A stretch of DNA of 36,357 nucleotides from Bacteroidia bacterium (lineage in GTDB: Bacteria; Bacteroidota; Bacteroidia; Bacteroidales; VadinHA17). The DNA is taken from contig JAPLDX010000053.1 of the NCBI GenBank assembly GCA_026391215.1, positions 1-36,357 on the forward strand, read 5' to 3'. Shown piece by piece: positions 34,484 through 36,357 of this stretch. Position 1 is the first letter of the stretch, and every line of letters begins with the position of its first letter. The notes below the pieces were generated by a model. It searched no databases, was not told the origin of the DNA, and worked only from the letters and a program-made list of their open reading frames with translations. The position numbers were made by a program, and so were the translations under genes.

Positions 34484-34852
34484 TTATTTGCTGATGTTTT
34501 TTCTTTTAAATATTGAAGAAATGATAAATGAAATCCCTATCAGCATTATTACTGCAGGCCAATAGACAGTTTTAATCAATGTCGGAATTTCACCATAAAA
34601 ATCATCAATCAAAAACCAGGCACCCCCCGCCATAAGAAGCAATCCGGGGATGAACTGGAGGTTAAGCAGCATGAGAACACCGACGAAAATCATCGCTGTT
34701 TCCCAGGTAAAGTACTCCTTTATACCTCCAAGATGCAGCATATCGTTGGTTGCCACCAGGAGAGCGACTCCAAGGGCAATAAAGAAGAGACCGATGCCAA
34801 TTTGTGGATGGTGCTCCCTGTGTTTGTGCAGATAATGATCATAATGTTTCAT
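34484..34852 (-). CDS. Small 4-TM membrane protein (LiaF/DUF5668-like TM domain) with His-rich N-terminus
   Basis: GLFFIALGVALL, FTWETAMIFVG and YWPAVIMLIG parallel the TM part of the downstream gene. Confidence 0.75.
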   Translation of the reverse strand: MKHYDHYLHKHREHHPQIGIGLFFIALGVALLVATNDMLHLGGIKEYFTWETAMIFVGVLMLLNLQFIPGLLLMAGGAWFLIDDFYGEIPTLIKTVYWPAVIMLIGISFIISSIFKRKNISK

Positions 34853-34874
34853 ATCTCAAAAATTTAATATGGTT

Positions 34875-34963
34875 CAAAAATAGCCCTGAAAATGCCACAG
34901 AGTAAGAGAAAATCGGTAAACTGCGTATTTTTAACGGTAAGCTGATGTATCAGCCGGAAATTG
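34875..34963 (-). promoter_or_regulatory. -7 box (TATTTTTG, 34875-34882) with upstream LytTR-type direct repeats
   Basis: Minus strand CAGTTTACCG (34914-34923) and CAGCTTACCG (34935-34944) have a 21 bp period. A weaker CAATTTCCG lies at 34955-34963. Confidence 0.65.
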
Positions 34964-35005
34964 TTAGTTTTTTGTTATTAATTTTTTTAATTGAATAAGC
35001 TTTCA

Positions 35006-35013
35006 TATTTTTG
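35006..35013 (+). promoter_or_regulatory. Putative -7 box (TATTTTTG) for yceD-rpmF-plsX
   Basis: TAnnTTTG match 16 nt upstream of the start. Confidence 0.6.
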
Positions 35014-35029
35014 CAAACCAAAAAATTAA

Positions 35030-35554
35030 ATGATGTCCGGTTTATTTACCATACCGATAAGCGGTTTGAAAGTTGGACAGCACTATTTTGATTTTAAAAT
35101 TGACAAAGCGTTTTTTGAACAGTTTGAGGAGTCGGAAGTAAAGAAAGGCAAGCTTTCTGCGTTTATTGAAGCTGACAAGAGATCTTCTCATATTGATCTC
35201 ACAATCAGGATCAGTGGAGCTGTAAGCATACCATGCGACAGGTGTCTGGGGATATTTTCACAGCCAATCGATTGTGTCAACAGATTGCTGGTTAAATTCG
35301 GCAAAACACATGACGACAATGATCCGGATATGATTACTGTGCCTCCAGATGAGAATGACATTGACCTGAAGCAGTATTTTTATGAATATATTCTTCTTGC
35401 ATTGCCTATAAAAAGAGTCCACTCCGATGATAGCAGCGGGAAAAGCACCTGTGACCCGGAAATGCTCGAGAAGTTACGGGAGCATGTTATTGGTGAAGAG
35501 AATGAAAGCGATCCTCGCTGGGATGAATTAAAGAAATTGATGAACAATAACTAA
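35030..35554 (+). CDS. yceD: YceD/DUF177 family protein
   Basis: CDRCL, IDLKQYFYEYILLALP, DPRWDELKKL. Canonical position upstream of rpmF. Confidence 0.93.
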   Translation: MMSGLFTIPISGLKVGQHYFDFKIDKAFFEQFEESEVKKGKLSAFIEADKRSSHIDLTIRISGAVSIPCDRCLGIFSQPIDCVNRLLVKFGKTHDDNDPDMITVPPDENDIDLKQYFYEYILLALPIKRVHSDDSSGKSTCDPEMLEKLREHVIGEENESDPRWDELKKLMNNN

Positions 35555-35565
35555 AGACTGAAAAA

Positions 35566-35751
35566 ATGCCAAATCCTAAACGCAAACACTCAAAACAAAG
35601 GAGAGATAAACGCAGAACACATTACAAGGCTACTGCACCAACTGTAGCTACTTGTTCAAACTGCGGAGCATCGGTCAGGTACCACAGAGTATGTCCTGAG
35701 TGCGGATTTTACAGAGGAAAACCCGTAATTGAGAAAAAGGCAACTGCCTGA
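35566..35751 (+). CDS. rpmF: 50S ribosomal protein L32 (Zn-ribbon form)
   Basis: MPNPKRKHSKQRRDKRRTH, CSNC..HRVCPECGFYRG. Confidence 0.98.
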   Translation: MPNPKRKHSKQRRDKRRTHYKATAPTVATCSNCGASVRYHRVCPECGFYRGKPVIEKKATA

Positions 35752-35778
35752 CGCTTTGTGTAACCAATCAGCGAGACT

Positions 35779-36357
35779 ATGAGAATAGGCCTTGATGTAA
35801 TGGGTGGTGATTTTGCACCTGAAGCAATCATTGAAGGCGCAGCAGATTCCCTCCGGCATTTGTCTTCTGATGACACCCTGGTGCTCATTGGAGACAAGAA
35901 CGCAATTCAAAACAAGCTGGCTGAGATGAATACCGATCTGTCTCATCTGGAGATTATTCATACAACACAGGTGATAGAAATGGGAGATGTCCCGTTAAAA
36001 GCCTATTCAGCAAAGCAGGATTCAAGTATAGCAGTCGGATACAGGATGCTGAAAAACAATGAAATTAACGGTTTTTGCAGTGCCGGAAATACAGGAGCTA
36101 TGATGGTAGGTGCAACTCAAACCGTAAACGTGATCCCGGGAGTTATAAGACCCGCTTTAGCCGTGATTGTTCCTGCAGTTGATAATCGTCATTCGGTTAT
36201 CCTGGATGTCGGTCTGAATCCTGACACCAAGCCGGACGTACTAATGCAGTGGGGTATCCTGGGAAGTATTTTTGCCGAATACGTGCTTGAAATAAGGAAT
36301 CCCGTTGTCAAGTTGCTGAATATTGGTGAAGAAGAATCGAAAGGAACTCCCTCCATC
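35779..36357 (+). CDS. plsX: Phosphate acyltransferase PlsX (5' part; runs off window end)
   Basis: Not in the ORF track. Manual translation gives MRIGLDVMGGDFAPEAIIEGA, KQDSSIAVG, SAGNTGA, GVIRPAL, LDVGLN, LLNIGEEESKG. Confidence 0.96.
   Translation, partial: MRIGLDVMGGDFAPEAIIEGAADSLRHLSSDDTLVLIGDKNAIQNKLAEMNTDLSHLEIIHTTQVIEMGDVPLKAYSAKQDSSIAVGYRMLKNNEINGFCSAGNTGAMMVGATQTVNVIPGVIRPALAVIVPAVDNRHSVILDVGLNPDTKPDVLMQWGILGSIFAEYVLEIRNPVVKLLNIGEEESKGTPSI

Noticed and set aside
2119-35961. The many 60-140 aa ORFs overlapping larger genes
   Set aside because: They are antisense or out-of-frame to well-supported CDS and have no recognisable motifs.
35030-36357. yceD-rpmF-plsX cluster
   Set aside because: A widely conserved housekeeping arrangement with nothing unusual seen.

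Overview
A 36.4 kb chromosomal segment from a Bacteroidota (Bacteroidales-like) bacterium. Evidence for this origin: repeated TAnnTTTG -7 promoter boxes, signal peptides followed by Gln, and the yceD-rpmF-plsX gene order. It is gene-dense with about 32 CDS. I saw no rRNA, tRNA, CRISPR array, transposase or prophage gene. In order it contains: a partial MFS exporter, dtd, mntP, a GH127 lipoprotein, a HisJ-family phosphatase, a Crp/Fnr regulator, a TldD/TldE pair, a PPi-type PFK, rsgA, a hybrid sensor, mnmH/selU, a U32 protein, a histidine kinase, an AsmA-like protein, an ECF sigma/anti-sigma/beta-barrel cassette, a repeat-containing GH16-like protein, a TetR + LolA-like + ABC + OM-barrel operon, an LmtA-like methyltransferase, yidD, a LiaF-like/LytS/LytTR module and yceD-rpmF-plsX. 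The most unusual signals are: (1) a TldD with a twin-arginine/lipoprotein signal paired with a signal-less TldE; (2) a hybrid kinase whose phospho-His is replaced by Tyr and whose ATP boxes are eroded; (3) a TetR with a canonical EF-hand loop heading a Lol-like transporter operon, whose two permeases carry related inserts at different sites; (4) a GH16 domain lacking its catalytic residues, on three ~70-aa helical repeats; (5) a duplicated ECF promoter motif, LytTR-type direct repeats and a nested REP-like palindrome. All family calls come from reading motifs by eye; no database search was run.
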